From assembly GCA_026396515.1 (NCBI GenBank), contig JAPLWQ010000003.1:99569-163568 (forward strand): a stretch of DNA of 64,000 nucleotides, in the 5' to 3' direction. This document shows positions 8,354 to 17,502 of this stretch, in pieces. The DNA is from Candidatus Magasanikiibacteriota bacterium. GTDB lineage: Bacteria; Patescibacteriota; Patescibacteriia; Magasanikbacterales; GWA2-37-8. Under the pieces are notes generated by a model. That model was given only the letters and a program-made list of their open reading frames with translations. It did not search any database and had not been told where the DNA came from. The first letter of the stretch is position 1. The number at the start of each line of letters is the position of its first letter. Both the position numbers and the translations under genes were made by a program.

Positions 8354-10609
8354 ATGCCAGAAGGACCATTTATGCGCGTCGAAGATGTTAATTTTGGTGA
8401 AGTGCCGATGGAAGCGCCGATGGAAAATGGAAAGGAAAAAAAAGGTGAGTTTATTGATATCCGCAAAGAAGAAGTAAAAGTGCTTGGTGTTTCTTTGGAG
8501 CGAAATGCGGAAGCCGGGCCTCGCGTGCCTAAAGCGGACAAGTTTGCCGATTTTTCTGAAGATACTTTTTCACTGGATGTTCTTCAGAGAGTAGCAAAAT
8601 CCGTTTCGCTTGACCATCCGCTTTTGCTTGAAGGCGAGGCGGCGGCGGGCAAATCGTACACGATAGAATACTTGGCGCATCTATGCAATCAGGAAGTATA
8701 TAGAATGTCGCTCAACGGGCAAACCGATACCACGGATTTAATCGGTAAATGGGTGCCGCGCAGTGCCACACTGCGAAAAAGAATTGAAGATTTACTGAAG
8801 CATCCGGAAAAATGCCAGAGTGATGTTGTCAGAAGAATTATCGAATCACGCGTCGGTATCACAAGCGCTGAAAAAATGGGCATGAAAGAAATAGCGCCGG
8901 AAAAATTTGAAGAAGAAAATGCTAAGTTCGGCTTGAACAGAGAAGAAATGGAAATGGTCGCTACGCTGGAAGGGGTAGATGTACCGGAAGGTGATTGGGC
9001 GTGGCAAGACGGTGATATTCCAAAACAAATGGAATCAGGAGCGTGGTCCGTGCTCGATGAGGTTAATACTTGCGAGCCGCAAATTTTAGTCCGCCTGAAT
9101 GCTCTGCTTGAGAAAAATGGACAACTTGTTCTATCAGAAGACGGGTCGCGCGTAGTAAATCGCCACCCTGGTTTTCGTTTGTTTGCCACAGTCAACCCGC
9201 CGGGCGGCAGATATAAGGGGCGTATACCACTTTCTCAGGAATGGATTTCCCGGTGGAATTATCAGAATATCGGCGTTCTCCCGATGGAAATTAGAGCCAA
9301 GCGTTTAATGAAAGCTGCCGGTGTTGAAGCTGAACCGGTAAACATCAAAGACAAACTTCGGGTAATCAGGCCGGAAAAATCGGCTGGTGTTCCGGCGGTT
9401 GAAGGCAATCGCTTAGCCGATTATTATGAGCCGTCGTGGGTGAAAGATTTGTTTACCAAATACGGCGTATTCGCCGAGAAAGCCGCGCAAATGCTGGAAA
9501 GCGCCGAATTTGCAAAAGATCAGCTGCAAAAATTTGATGTTGATTCGCGCGATGATTGGCGATTTTTTGAGTATCTTAACCGTTTCCGCGAATCCGGCAA
9601 AATGACGCAGGTAATAAAAGAAGCTTTGGAATATTGCATTGTCAATAAATGCCAGAAAGAAATTGACCGCAAAAAATTACGCGACCTGATAGCCCTAATT
9701 AAGGTGTCGGAGCCAAAAGAAATTTTGAAAAATAGAACAGCAGAAAATCAGATGCACCTGCAAGCGGCAAAGAACAAAGCTCTTCGGCAAAGCATACCGG
9801 AGGGACATAGAAAAATCATAACCGGTGAGACGGAAAAAAATCCGATGATTTCGGCTGAAAATCCTGACGGAGAAACGATTATGATTGATATAGCCGATAC
9901 GATCAGAAGTTTTAAGGAGAATTTTAGGGATGGATACTTATTGCCCGAGTTTAGTGATGGTTTGCCGGACGAAATTAGCATGAGTGAAAAAGTGAAAAGT
10001 TTATGCCAGGATGTGATTGCCATGGGGCTAGACCAGGTAGCGGTTATGCCGGGTTTAAAAGTGCAGAATAAAGTTAAACGAAGCCGGTTGATGCAGAGTT
10101 TCGGTGAGCCGGTCACAAAAATTCTTACGCCTCTCGGTCTCGGAGACGGCGAAATGTATGGAGAAAAGCCGTTTATGGACCCCAAGTTTGGCAGTAAGGA
10201 GATACTTGTTCAGGAAAACCCTGACAATCCGTCTCGGAATAATTCTGATGGTTATTTAGTTTTTTATTCAAACAAGCCGTTGTTTAAACAGAGTAAAAAT
10301 CTCAACATCTCAGAAGCGAGAAAATATTTGTTTGAAATTGGCCAGTGCGGTTTAACAATGAACGATTATTTAGTGATTCAGCGTGCGGAGCTTGAGAAGA
10401 ACGGCGACCATCGGTTTGATACATTTTCAAAAAAGGCCGAAGATTCGCAGGAGACATATTTGGCAGATATGACGACAGGGGATGGTTCGGCGGTAAGCGC
10501 ACGATGGAACCCCAGAGACAAACGTATTGGTTTTTATGCCCACAAAGTCACGGAAAAAAATGAGGCTTGTGGAACGCTGGGCGTGGTAATAATACCGCTA
10601 AATACTTAA
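8354..10609 (+). CDS. Large AAA+ ATPase of the AAA_5/MoxR-CbbQ-like clade
   Basis: Walker A LLEGEAAAGKS, Walker B VLDEVN and sensor FATVNPP are present. The 751-aa protein has a ~420-aa C-terminal extension. Confidence 0.75.
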   Translation: MPEGPFMRVEDVNFGEVPMEAPMENGKEKKGEFIDIRKEEVKVLGVSLERNAEAGPRVPKADKFADFSEDTFSLDVLQRVAKSVSLDHPLLLEGEAAAGKSYTIEYLAHLCNQEVYRMSLNGQTDTTDLIGKWVPRSATLRKRIEDLLKHPEKCQSDVVRRIIESRVGITSAEKMGMKEIAPEKFEEENAKFGLNREEMEMVATLEGVDVPEGDWAWQDGDIPKQMESGAWSVLDEVNTCEPQILVRLNALLEKNGQLVLSEDGSRVVNRHPGFRLFATVNPPGGRYKGRIPLSQEWISRWNYQNIGVLPMEIRAKRLMKAAGVEAEPVNIKDKLRVIRPEKSAGVPAVEGNRLADYYEPSWVKDLFTKYGVFAEKAAQMLESAEFAKDQLQKFDVDSRDDWRFFEYLNRFRESGKMTQVIKEALEYCIVNKCQKEIDRKKLRDLIALIKVSEPKEILKNRTAENQMHLQAAKNKALRQSIPEGHRKIITGETEKNPMISAENPDGETIMIDIADTIRSFKENFRDGYLLPEFSDGLPDEISMSEKVKSLCQDVIAMGLDQVAVMPGLKVQNKVKRSRLMQSFGEPVTKILTPLGLGDGEMYGEKPFMDPKFGSKEILVQENPDNPSRNNSDGYLVFYSNKPLFKQSKNLNISEARKYLFEIGQCGLTMNDYLVIQRAELEKNGDHRFDTFSKKAEDSQETYLADMTTGDGSAVSARWNPRDKRIGFYAHKVTEKNEACGTLGVVIIPLNT

Positions 10610-10612
10610 ATT

Positions 10613-12625
10613 ATGGCCCGGTTTGTCGAGTCGTTTTCAGGCCGACAATTCAGCAAGTCAGATTCTTCCGATACTGGCGCTTCCGTAAATGAAGAAGCGG
10701 GTGTTGGTGTAAAAGAAATCGAAGAAACAAAGCCGGAGATAACCGCGGAAGAATATGCCGAGCGCGTGGAGCGTTTGCGGTCACTCGGCCGGGTAATTGG
10801 TTCTGATTTTGCCATGCGCGTGGAAGTCGGCAAAGAGCGCGGCTGGCGTTATAAATTCAAACCGGTGAATACAATTGAAGCCGATCCGGTAGATATTGCC
10901 GAAAAAAGCGTTGAATACTGTCTTGGCATTATAGCGCATGAGGGCGCGCACCGGGCTATATCCCGCACTGATTTTATTCCAAAAAAAGTCTGGCAAGAAA
11001 GCGGCTTTTCTTTTTTAATGAATGCGGTTGAAGATCCGAGAGTGAATAATTGGGTTGGTGAAAAATATGAAGGAGCGAAGGACTGGTTGAAGATGTCTTA
11101 TGATGAAGATATGGCGCCGGAAGATATGGTGGACAAACGAGCAAAAGAAAAGCTTGGTTACACGCCAAAGCACATTCGGTTTGGTCTGGAAATTATCAGG
11201 CGCTGGCACACCGGCGAGTTTTCTGCAGATGTGCCGGAAGATATACGGGAAGTACTGGATACCACGTTTAATTACGCCAAAGCCGCGTACAATTCATTGC
11301 CGGCGAGTAAAGCGGAAGAAAATGAAATAACCGACAAGGCGAAGATGGTCTACCGCATTGTTTATTCAAAGATTTGGCCGGAATACAAGAAGCTGGTTGA
11401 TAAATCAATTGATGAAGAAACATTACGCCAGATTTTGAAAGATATGATGGAAGGCGGGCAGATGGAGGGTGGTGAGCCGGGAGAGAAAGGGTCCGGCGAT
11501 GAATTAAGCGAAGAAATAAAAAAGAAAATTAAAGAAATACTTGACTCAATGACCGAAGAGGAAAAAAGGAAGTTGCTTGAAGGAGCGAAAGCGAAAGCGA
11601 AAGCAATACTCGATGAACTGGATACCGAGCTTGGAAAAGAGCTGCGCGGCCATATGGCTGATCAGCCTGAGACAAGTACTGAAGAGAGCAAGCGAATGGA
11701 GGCGGAAGACGCGGAAAGAAGAGCTCGTGCAAAAATTGAGGCGGAGGCCGGGGCACTTAGAGAACAGTTGGAACAGGCAAGGGAGAAAAATAAGAATGCT
11801 TATGACCGGGCTTTTGAGGAGGTAAAACCTTATATTGATAAGGTGGCTGAGGATATCATGAATATATTTATCGCCAAGAGGCATCCGCAGTTTAAGAAGA
11901 GCTTTCCCGGGCAAAAACTCCGCCTTAAGGGTGCTATGGCCTATGAATCAAGCGACAACTATCGTGATTTATTTGAACGGCGGTTGAATGCGGAAAGAAA
12001 AAGTTTATCGTTTTTTCTTTTGGTAGATTTGTCAGGCTCTATGTCAGGTGAAAAGATTGCCGAAACATTTAAAGGGGCCGTATTATTTGCTGAGGCGCTT
12101 AACAGAGTGAGTGAAACAATGGGCTCGGTTAAGGTCGCCATATATGGTTTTCAGGATACACTAATAAAATATAAAGAATTTGGCGAAAAAATGGATGATG
12201 ATTTGCGTCAGGCAATGAGCGTGATGCCGCGTGAAACGGAGAATCGCGGAGTACACAATGGCGCATCATACAATAGCGACGGATATTGTGTAGAAAAATC
12301 GGCCGAAATTTTAAATCAGCAACAAACAACCGGTAAGTTCTTGTTTGTCTTATCCGACGGCCAGCCTGCGCCCGACGGCGCACATCGTGCAGTCAAAGTA
12401 CAATATAATGAGTATGATCCCTCTGCCGAGCTTAGGGCAGTTGTTGCTCAAATATCCAAAGAAGGAAATATACACGTATTGGGCGTAGGCCTTGGCCCGC
12501 ATACCGAACATGTGAGTGATTATTATAGGTCGGATTTGGCACACGTAGATAATATTCCGAGTGTTGACGTAGACAAGCTGTCCCGGGTTCTCGGTGATAA
12601 ATTGGAACAATTGGTAATCAAATAA
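10613..12625 (+). CDS. vWA (MIDAS) domain protein with an HExxH motif and a K/E-rich coiled-coil linker
   Basis: The C-terminal LLVDLSGSMSGEK is a DxSxS MIDAS motif. GIIAHEGAHRAI is an HExxH motif. The gene lies 3 nt after the ATPase gene. Confidence 0.75.
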   Translation: MARFVESFSGRQFSKSDSSDTGASVNEEAGVGVKEIEETKPEITAEEYAERVERLRSLGRVIGSDFAMRVEVGKERGWRYKFKPVNTIEADPVDIAEKSVEYCLGIIAHEGAHRAISRTDFIPKKVWQESGFSFLMNAVEDPRVNNWVGEKYEGAKDWLKMSYDEDMAPEDMVDKRAKEKLGYTPKHIRFGLEIIRRWHTGEFSADVPEDIREVLDTTFNYAKAAYNSLPASKAEENEITDKAKMVYRIVYSKIWPEYKKLVDKSIDEETLRQILKDMMEGGQMEGGEPGEKGSGDELSEEIKKKIKEILDSMTEEEKRKLLEGAKAKAKAILDELDTELGKELRGHMADQPETSTEESKRMEAEDAERRARAKIEAEAGALREQLEQAREKNKNAYDRAFEEVKPYIDKVAEDIMNIFIAKRHPQFKKSFPGQKLRLKGAMAYESSDNYRDLFERRLNAERKSLSFFLLVDLSGSMSGEKIAETFKGAVLFAEALNRVSETMGSVKVAIYGFQDTLIKYKEFGEKMDDDLRQAMSVMPRETENRGVHNGASYNSDGYCVEKSAEILNQQQTTGKFLFVLSDGQPAPDGAHRAVKVQYNEYDPSAELRAVVAQISKEGNIHVLGVGLGPHTEHVSDYYRSDLAHVDNIPSVDVDKLSRVLGDKLEQLVIK

Positions 12626-12641
12626 TTATTAATAAATATTT

Positions 12642-13094
12642 ATGATATCAGAAAAAAATATTGCCAAGGTGAAGAAATTTATCGACGTTGTCTCTGATAT
12701 GCAATTTGGGCCGGGTAAGCAAATCGGTTTGTTGATATTGAAGAAGGAAGAGACGAAAGATATCAGTATTCTCGCGCCCAACAGCAATATTACGACTGTC
12801 CTGGAACTCTCTAAAGATGGCGACGCTGATGAGGTGATTGGATATTTAGCCGACGCAGTGAAAAGCGGCCGTCTTATTTTTATCCGGCTCCATGATTATC
12901 TTGACCCGAAAATATACAACCAGTTATTTCTCTTATCAAAGAATAGCCGGATGGAATATCCGAAGCTGGAAGAGAGAATTTTTGTGGACGCCGCCCCCGA
13001 AACAACGATAATTGTCATAACTACCGACAATGAACTGAATAAATTGAATTACACAAATATTCTCGATTTGTCCGGCTTGGTGGAGCGCCTCTAA
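12642..13094 (+). CDS. Hypothetical protein
   Basis: 150-aa ORF, co-directional and tightly spaced with its neighbours. Confidence 0.45.
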   Translation: MISEKNIAKVKKFIDVVSDMQFGPGKQIGLLILKKEETKDISILAPNSNITTVLELSKDGDADEVIGYLADAVKSGRLIFIRLHDYLDPKIYNQLFLLSKNSRMEYPKLEERIFVDAAPETTIIVITTDNELNKLNYTNILDLSGLVERL

Positions 13095-13098
13095 TAAT

Positions 13099-14214
13099 AT
13101 GACGATTGGCATTGAAGCATCGCACGCGAACAAAGATAAGCGAACCGGAGTTGACGAGTACTCATGGCAGATTATTAATCATCTTAAAAAAATCATTCCC
13201 GCCGAAGTGCGGGTGATTTTATATAGCCAGACGCCGCTCATCGGGGAACTCGCCGACTTGCCGCCGAACTGGCAATCGCGTGTTTTGCCCTGGCCATGGA
13301 AGCTATGGAGCCAAATTTGTCTGTCTCATGAACTTTGGCGGAATATGCCGGATGTATTTTTTGCTCCGGGACAATTGGTACCGGCGATTACGCCGAAAAA
13401 TACGGTGACCACCGTGCATGACAGCGCTTTTAAGGTTTACCCCAAAGCATACCGCTTTTTTAGCCGTTTATATTTGTGTCTGATGAATAAAATGGTACTA
13501 AGGAAATCCCGGATTATTTTGACTCCGTCCGACTTCAGTCGGCGCGAACTCAAACGTCTATATGATTTTGATACGAACCGCGTCTCGGTTACGCCACTCG
13601 GATATAACCGCGCTATTTACCGTAAGATACAAATAAATTTTGAAGAAAAGAATAAGGTGTTAAAAAATATTGGTATTACCAAGCCGTTTTTTATTTTTGT
13701 CGGCCGGCTTGAACAAAAAAAGAACGTGGCGAACATTGTCCGCGCATTTGATGTAATAAAAAAGCAGTATGATTGCGCGCTGGTAATGGTTGGTACGCCC
13801 GGCTGTGGTTACAAAGAAGTGGAAAAGACGATCGAGGAAAGTCAGAACAAAAGCGATATTATTTTGACCGGCTGGCTAGATTCAGAGACAGTCGCCAAGT
13901 TGTACAACCTGGCTGAAGCCATGATTTTTACCACTAATTATGAAGGGTTCGGTTTGCCGGCGCTTGAAGCAATGGCTTCGTGCTGTCCGGTTGTTGTTTC
14001 AAAAGGGAACAGCCTGGAAGAAGTGGTGGGCGATGCCGCCTTGGTAGCCGATCCGAAGTCTCCGGATGATATCGCATCCGCCGCATTGTTGCTAATCTCA
14101 AATCGTGATTTGCGAAACAGTAAAATTTTGGCCGGTATGGCCAGAACAGAGCTATTTTCCTGGGAAAACACAGCTAAACTTACTTGGCAGGCCTTGCGGG
14201 AAGCGGGGATATAA
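13099..14214 (+). CDS. GT4-family glycosyltransferase
   Basis: The FVGRLEQKKN...EGFGLPALEAMASCCPVVVS block is an E-x7-E-type GT-B C-terminal domain. Confidence 0.8.
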   Translation: MTIGIEASHANKDKRTGVDEYSWQIINHLKKIIPAEVRVILYSQTPLIGELADLPPNWQSRVLPWPWKLWSQICLSHELWRNMPDVFFAPGQLVPAITPKNTVTTVHDSAFKVYPKAYRFFSRLYLCLMNKMVLRKSRIILTPSDFSRRELKRLYDFDTNRVSVTPLGYNRAIYRKIQINFEEKNKVLKNIGITKPFFIFVGRLEQKKNVANIVRAFDVIKKQYDCALVMVGTPGCGYKEVEKTIEESQNKSDIILTGWLDSETVAKLYNLAEAMIFTTNYEGFGLPALEAMASCCPVVVSKGNSLEEVVGDAALVADPKSPDDIASAALLLISNRDLRNSKILAGMARTELFSWENTAKLTWQALREAGI

Positions 14215-14271
14215 GCTAATATAATGAAAGCAAACGCGTAAGGGGGGACTATTTTATATTACCCATTATTC

Positions 14272-15183
14272 ATGATTATCGGCCACCAAAAAAATCTGCA
14301 GTTTCTGACCTGCGCGCTTGAAAATGAAAAGTTAGCTCATGCTTATTGTTTTTCCGGTCCTGACCAGGTGGGGAAACGTACAGTGGCAAAATATATTGCC
14401 GCGAAAGCATTGAATACGGAGTCGGAAAAACTGGGGGTCCACGCCGATTATTTGTATATTGAACGCGCCGTAGAAGAAAAGACTGGTAAATTAAAGAAAG
14501 ATATTATCGTTAGTCAGGCGAAAATAATAGGTAATTTTCTTCAAAACAGATCCTGGCTGGGCGGGAAAAAGATTGTCATAATTGATGAAGCGGAGAAAAT
14601 AAATATTGAAGCGGCCAATGCCCTTTTAAAAACTCTGGAGGAATCAGCGGAAAACAGCCTGATAATATTACTTACGGAAAATGACAGGAATTTGCCGGCG
14701 ACTGTTCTTTCCCGTTGTCAGCAGCTAAATTTTTCTCTTGTTCCGGAAGCTGAAATTGCCGAAGCATTAATACAATCCGGAAATGTTCCGGAAACAGTTA
14801 AACTTGCGGCCGAGGCATCATGGGGTAGGCCGGGCCGGGCAGTGGAGCTTTTAAATGATAAGGAAAAAATGAGTGAATACGTTTCAGAGATCGACCGCTT
14901 GGAAAAAATTATCGGTCGGCCATTTTTCGAAAAAATATCGGCGACCGAAGATCTTTTTGGAGACAAGGAAGATGCTGTGCGCGGACGTGATAAATTAAAA
15001 AATATTTTGGATCTTTGGACAATGCTTTGGCGTGGCGTTTTCTCCGGCAACACCGTAGCGGGCAAATATTTTTCACCGGGTCAGACGTTGAAAATCATCG
15101 ATGAAATAAAAAACGCGCGGGAACTGCTTACCCGCAATATCCACCCGCGCTTATTAATTGAAAGAATTTTATTAATAATTTAA
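14272..15183 (+). CDS. holB: DNA polymerase III delta' subunit
   Basis: AHAYCFSGPDQVGKRT, IIDEAEKIN, AANALLKTLEE and SRCQ motifs are present. Confidence 0.75.
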   Translation: MIIGHQKNLQFLTCALENEKLAHAYCFSGPDQVGKRTVAKYIAAKALNTESEKLGVHADYLYIERAVEEKTGKLKKDIIVSQAKIIGNFLQNRSWLGGKKIVIIDEAEKINIEAANALLKTLEESAENSLIILLTENDRNLPATVLSRCQQLNFSLVPEAEIAEALIQSGNVPETVKLAAEASWGRPGRAVELLNDKEKMSEYVSEIDRLEKIIGRPFFEKISATEDLFGDKEDAVRGRDKLKNILDLWTMLWRGVFSGNTVAGKYFSPGQTLKIIDEIKNARELLTRNIHPRLLIERILLII

Positions 15184-15186
15184 TTT

Positions 15187-16266
15187 ATGTCTAAAAAAAT
15201 TCTCGTTTTCCTGTTGCTCGCGGTTTTTGTTTTCACCGGTGCCAGCTGTATCACCACCAAAAAAGCCACCGAAACCGGGCCGATGGGCGTATTTAAGTCA
15301 ATCGATCGCGGGGAGAAATGGACTCCGGCCATGGCAGTGCCCACGGCACAGGGGGTAAAAAGCCTTAGCACAGTGAAGGTCTATCGCATGTTTGATGACC
15401 CGAGCGACCCGAATGCCTATTATCTGGCCAGCCGCGGGCAGGGTCTATATTATACTTATGATAATGGCGATTCATGGGCGGCTGTTCCGTTTTTCAGCGG
15501 AAAATTTGTTTATACTGCCGCTGTTGATCCGGCCGATAAATGTACTATCTACGCGAGTGATGGCGCTCACATATATAAATCAGAGGATTGCGCACGCACC
15601 TGGAACTTAATGTTTACAGAAGAGCGTTCAGGAGAAAGATTATCTTCAATAGATATTGATTCGTCAGACGGTTCAATTTATGGCGCTGAAATAGGCGGTG
15701 ATCTTTTGGTAAGCCGAGATGCCGGCCGCAGCTGGCAGGTTATCAAGCGTTTTACTTTTGCGTTGCAAGATGTTTTTGTTGACAAGCAGGTGCCCGGCCG
15801 CATATACGTCGCTTCACAGCGAACTCATCTGTATCGATCCGATGATGCCGCCGCCACCTGGACCGATTTGCGCGAGGGCTTCAAAAAGTTCAATGACAGC
15901 AAAGTGTATTATCGCTTGTCTGTCAGCAAAAGCCAAAAAGATACAATTTATTGGATCAGCAAGTACGGCATATTACGTTCCGTCGATGCCGGAGCCACTT
16001 GGACGGAATTAAAATTATTAACGCCTCCAGGAGCCGTCACGATTTACGGTTTCGCCGTGAATGAAAAAAACCCGAATGAAATCTATTATACCGGCACGAT
16101 TCTTGGAGAAGGCAGCAGCCATGTGCGTTCAACCTTTTATAAAAGCGTCGACGGCGGCGCCACTTGGGTGACGCAAAAATTGCCGACTAATACCATCCCG
16201 GTCGTAATCAAAATTCATCCGGTGGATGACGCTACGCTGCTAATGGGTTTTGCCCTGCTGAATTAA
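15187..16266 (+). CDS. Lipoprotein with BNR/Asp-box repeats (beta-propeller, Ycf48/sialidase-like fold)
   Basis: It has a lipobox (FTGASC) and seven S-x-D-x-G-x-T-W Asp-box repeats. Confidence 0.7.
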   Translation: MSKKILVFLLLAVFVFTGASCITTKKATETGPMGVFKSIDRGEKWTPAMAVPTAQGVKSLSTVKVYRMFDDPSDPNAYYLASRGQGLYYTYDNGDSWAAVPFFSGKFVYTAAVDPADKCTIYASDGAHIYKSEDCARTWNLMFTEERSGERLSSIDIDSSDGSIYGAEIGGDLLVSRDAGRSWQVIKRFTFALQDVFVDKQVPGRIYVASQRTHLYRSDDAAATWTDLREGFKKFNDSKVYYRLSVSKSQKDTIYWISKYGILRSVDAGATWTELKLLTPPGAVTIYGFAVNEKNPNEIYYTGTILGEGSSHVRSTFYKSVDGGATWVTQKLPTNTIPVVIKIHPVDDATLLMGFALLN

Positions 16267-16302
16267 TTTCTCTATTAAATTCCGCAAAAATTAATCTTTA
16301 CT

Positions 16303-16851
16303 ATGAATATTAATGAGCACAAAGAAGATTTTAACAAGGCAATTGATTTTTTGAAGCAGGATATTGCCGGGCTGCGCACTGGCCGCGCTTCCACCGCCAT
16401 GGTTGAAGATATTCATGTTGAGGCCTATGGCACGCGCCAGCCGTTGAAAGCGGTGGCCAGTATTTCCGTGGCTGATCCAAAAACATTAAATGTTGAGCCG
16501 TGGGACAAGAGCCTAATGTCGGCGGTAGAGAAAGGCATCCGCGATTCTGGTTTAGGAATAAATCCGGTAAATGACGGCCGGCTTATCCGGTTAAGCATGC
16601 CTGAATTGACTGTTGAACGCCGGGCGGAACTGACAAAAATATTGCATCAAAAATTGGAAAACGCCCGTATTTCCATCCGTCAGGTGCGTGAAGATGTGCG
16701 GGGGATAATAAATGACGGCGAAACAGAGGGGACAATCACTGAAGACGAAAAATACCGCCTGCAGGAAGAGTTGGATAAATTGGTTAAAGAATTCAACGAG
16801 CAGATTAAAATGGTGGGAGAAAAGAAAGAAGCGGAAATTAGCGGGATATAA
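16303..16851 (+). CDS. frr: Ribosome recycling factor
   Basis: It matches RRF along its full length by eye (DFLKQDIAGLRTGRAS...VEPWDKSLM...RRAELTK). Confidence 0.9.
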   Translation: MNINEHKEDFNKAIDFLKQDIAGLRTGRASTAMVEDIHVEAYGTRQPLKAVASISVADPKTLNVEPWDKSLMSAVEKGIRDSGLGINPVNDGRLIRLSMPELTVERRAELTKILHQKLENARISIRQVREDVRGIINDGETEGTITEDEKYRLQEELDKLVKEFNEQIKMVGEKKEAEISGI

Positions 16852-16853
16852 AT

Positions 16854-17501
16854 ATGCAATCAAGGCCTTATAAATTATTATTTGCCGGCGGCGCATGCTT
16901 GTGTCTTGCACTTTTTGTATTTGCGGGCTGCGGTATGCAGAAAAAGATTTCAAAAAATAACGAAGATATATTAAATACGGTTGAACCGCTTAAAGCCGGC
17001 GAGTATATTGAATATGGCAACCCCCAGTATCAGTTCAGCATAAAATATATAGCTTCACTTATTTCCGATTTTTCCAGTCCGGAGTCAAAGCTGATATTAG
17101 GCTTTCCCGAAAGTTTTACCACCGGTACCAATCTGGGAACGGCGCAGATACGCCTGGATATAAACAAAAGAACATGTGCGAATTTTTCCAGCGGCGAAGA
17201 CCAAGCGGTTGGATGGCATTATACCAAAACAACGGCGATCGGCACCGATTTTCCGGAAAAGATTACCGTGAACGGCGCTGAGTTTAGGCGTCTGAAATGC
17301 AGTGATGCGGCCATGTCGCATGTGGCAGATTCGCTTATCTACATTACGGAAAAAGACAGCAACGCTTTTTCGCTCAATCTGTATTTGCTCTCAGCCAATC
17401 CCGAAGTGTATGATGAGAGCATCCGACCTTTAACTTATGACCCGGCTGGAATGGAAAAAATATTTCTGCAGGTCTTATCAAGTTTTAAATTTAAAGAATA
17501 A
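16854..17501 (+). CDS. Hypothetical lipoprotein
   Basis: Signal peptide plus lipobox (VFAGC). Confidence 0.5.
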   Translation: MQSRPYKLLFAGGACLCLALFVFAGCGMQKKISKNNEDILNTVEPLKAGEYIEYGNPQYQFSIKYIASLISDFSSPESKLILGFPESFTTGTNLGTAQIRLDINKRTCANFSSGEDQAVGWHYTKTTAIGTDFPEKITVNGAEFRRLKCSDAAMSHVADSLIYITEKDSNAFSLNLYLLSANPEVYDESIRPLTYDPAGMEKIFLQVLSSFKFKE

Positions 17502-17502
17502 T

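Noticed and set aside
11546-11914. 122-aa minus-strand ORF and the 11577-11825 plus-strand ORF within the K/E-rich linker of the vWA gene
   Set aside because: They are frame artefacts in an AAG/GAA-rich repeat region, and the main frame is continuous across it.
17437-17502. N-terminal extensions proposed by the ORF track for glyQS, rpmG (22321), arfB (55265), the HAD hydrolase (55560), the ABC ATPase (56730), the membrane-protein genes at 39765 and 31154, and pif1 (37081)
   Set aside because: Each extension overlaps the upstream gene, a tRNA or the LexA box, and lacks an RBS. A downstream in-frame ATG with better context follows the upstream stop in every case.
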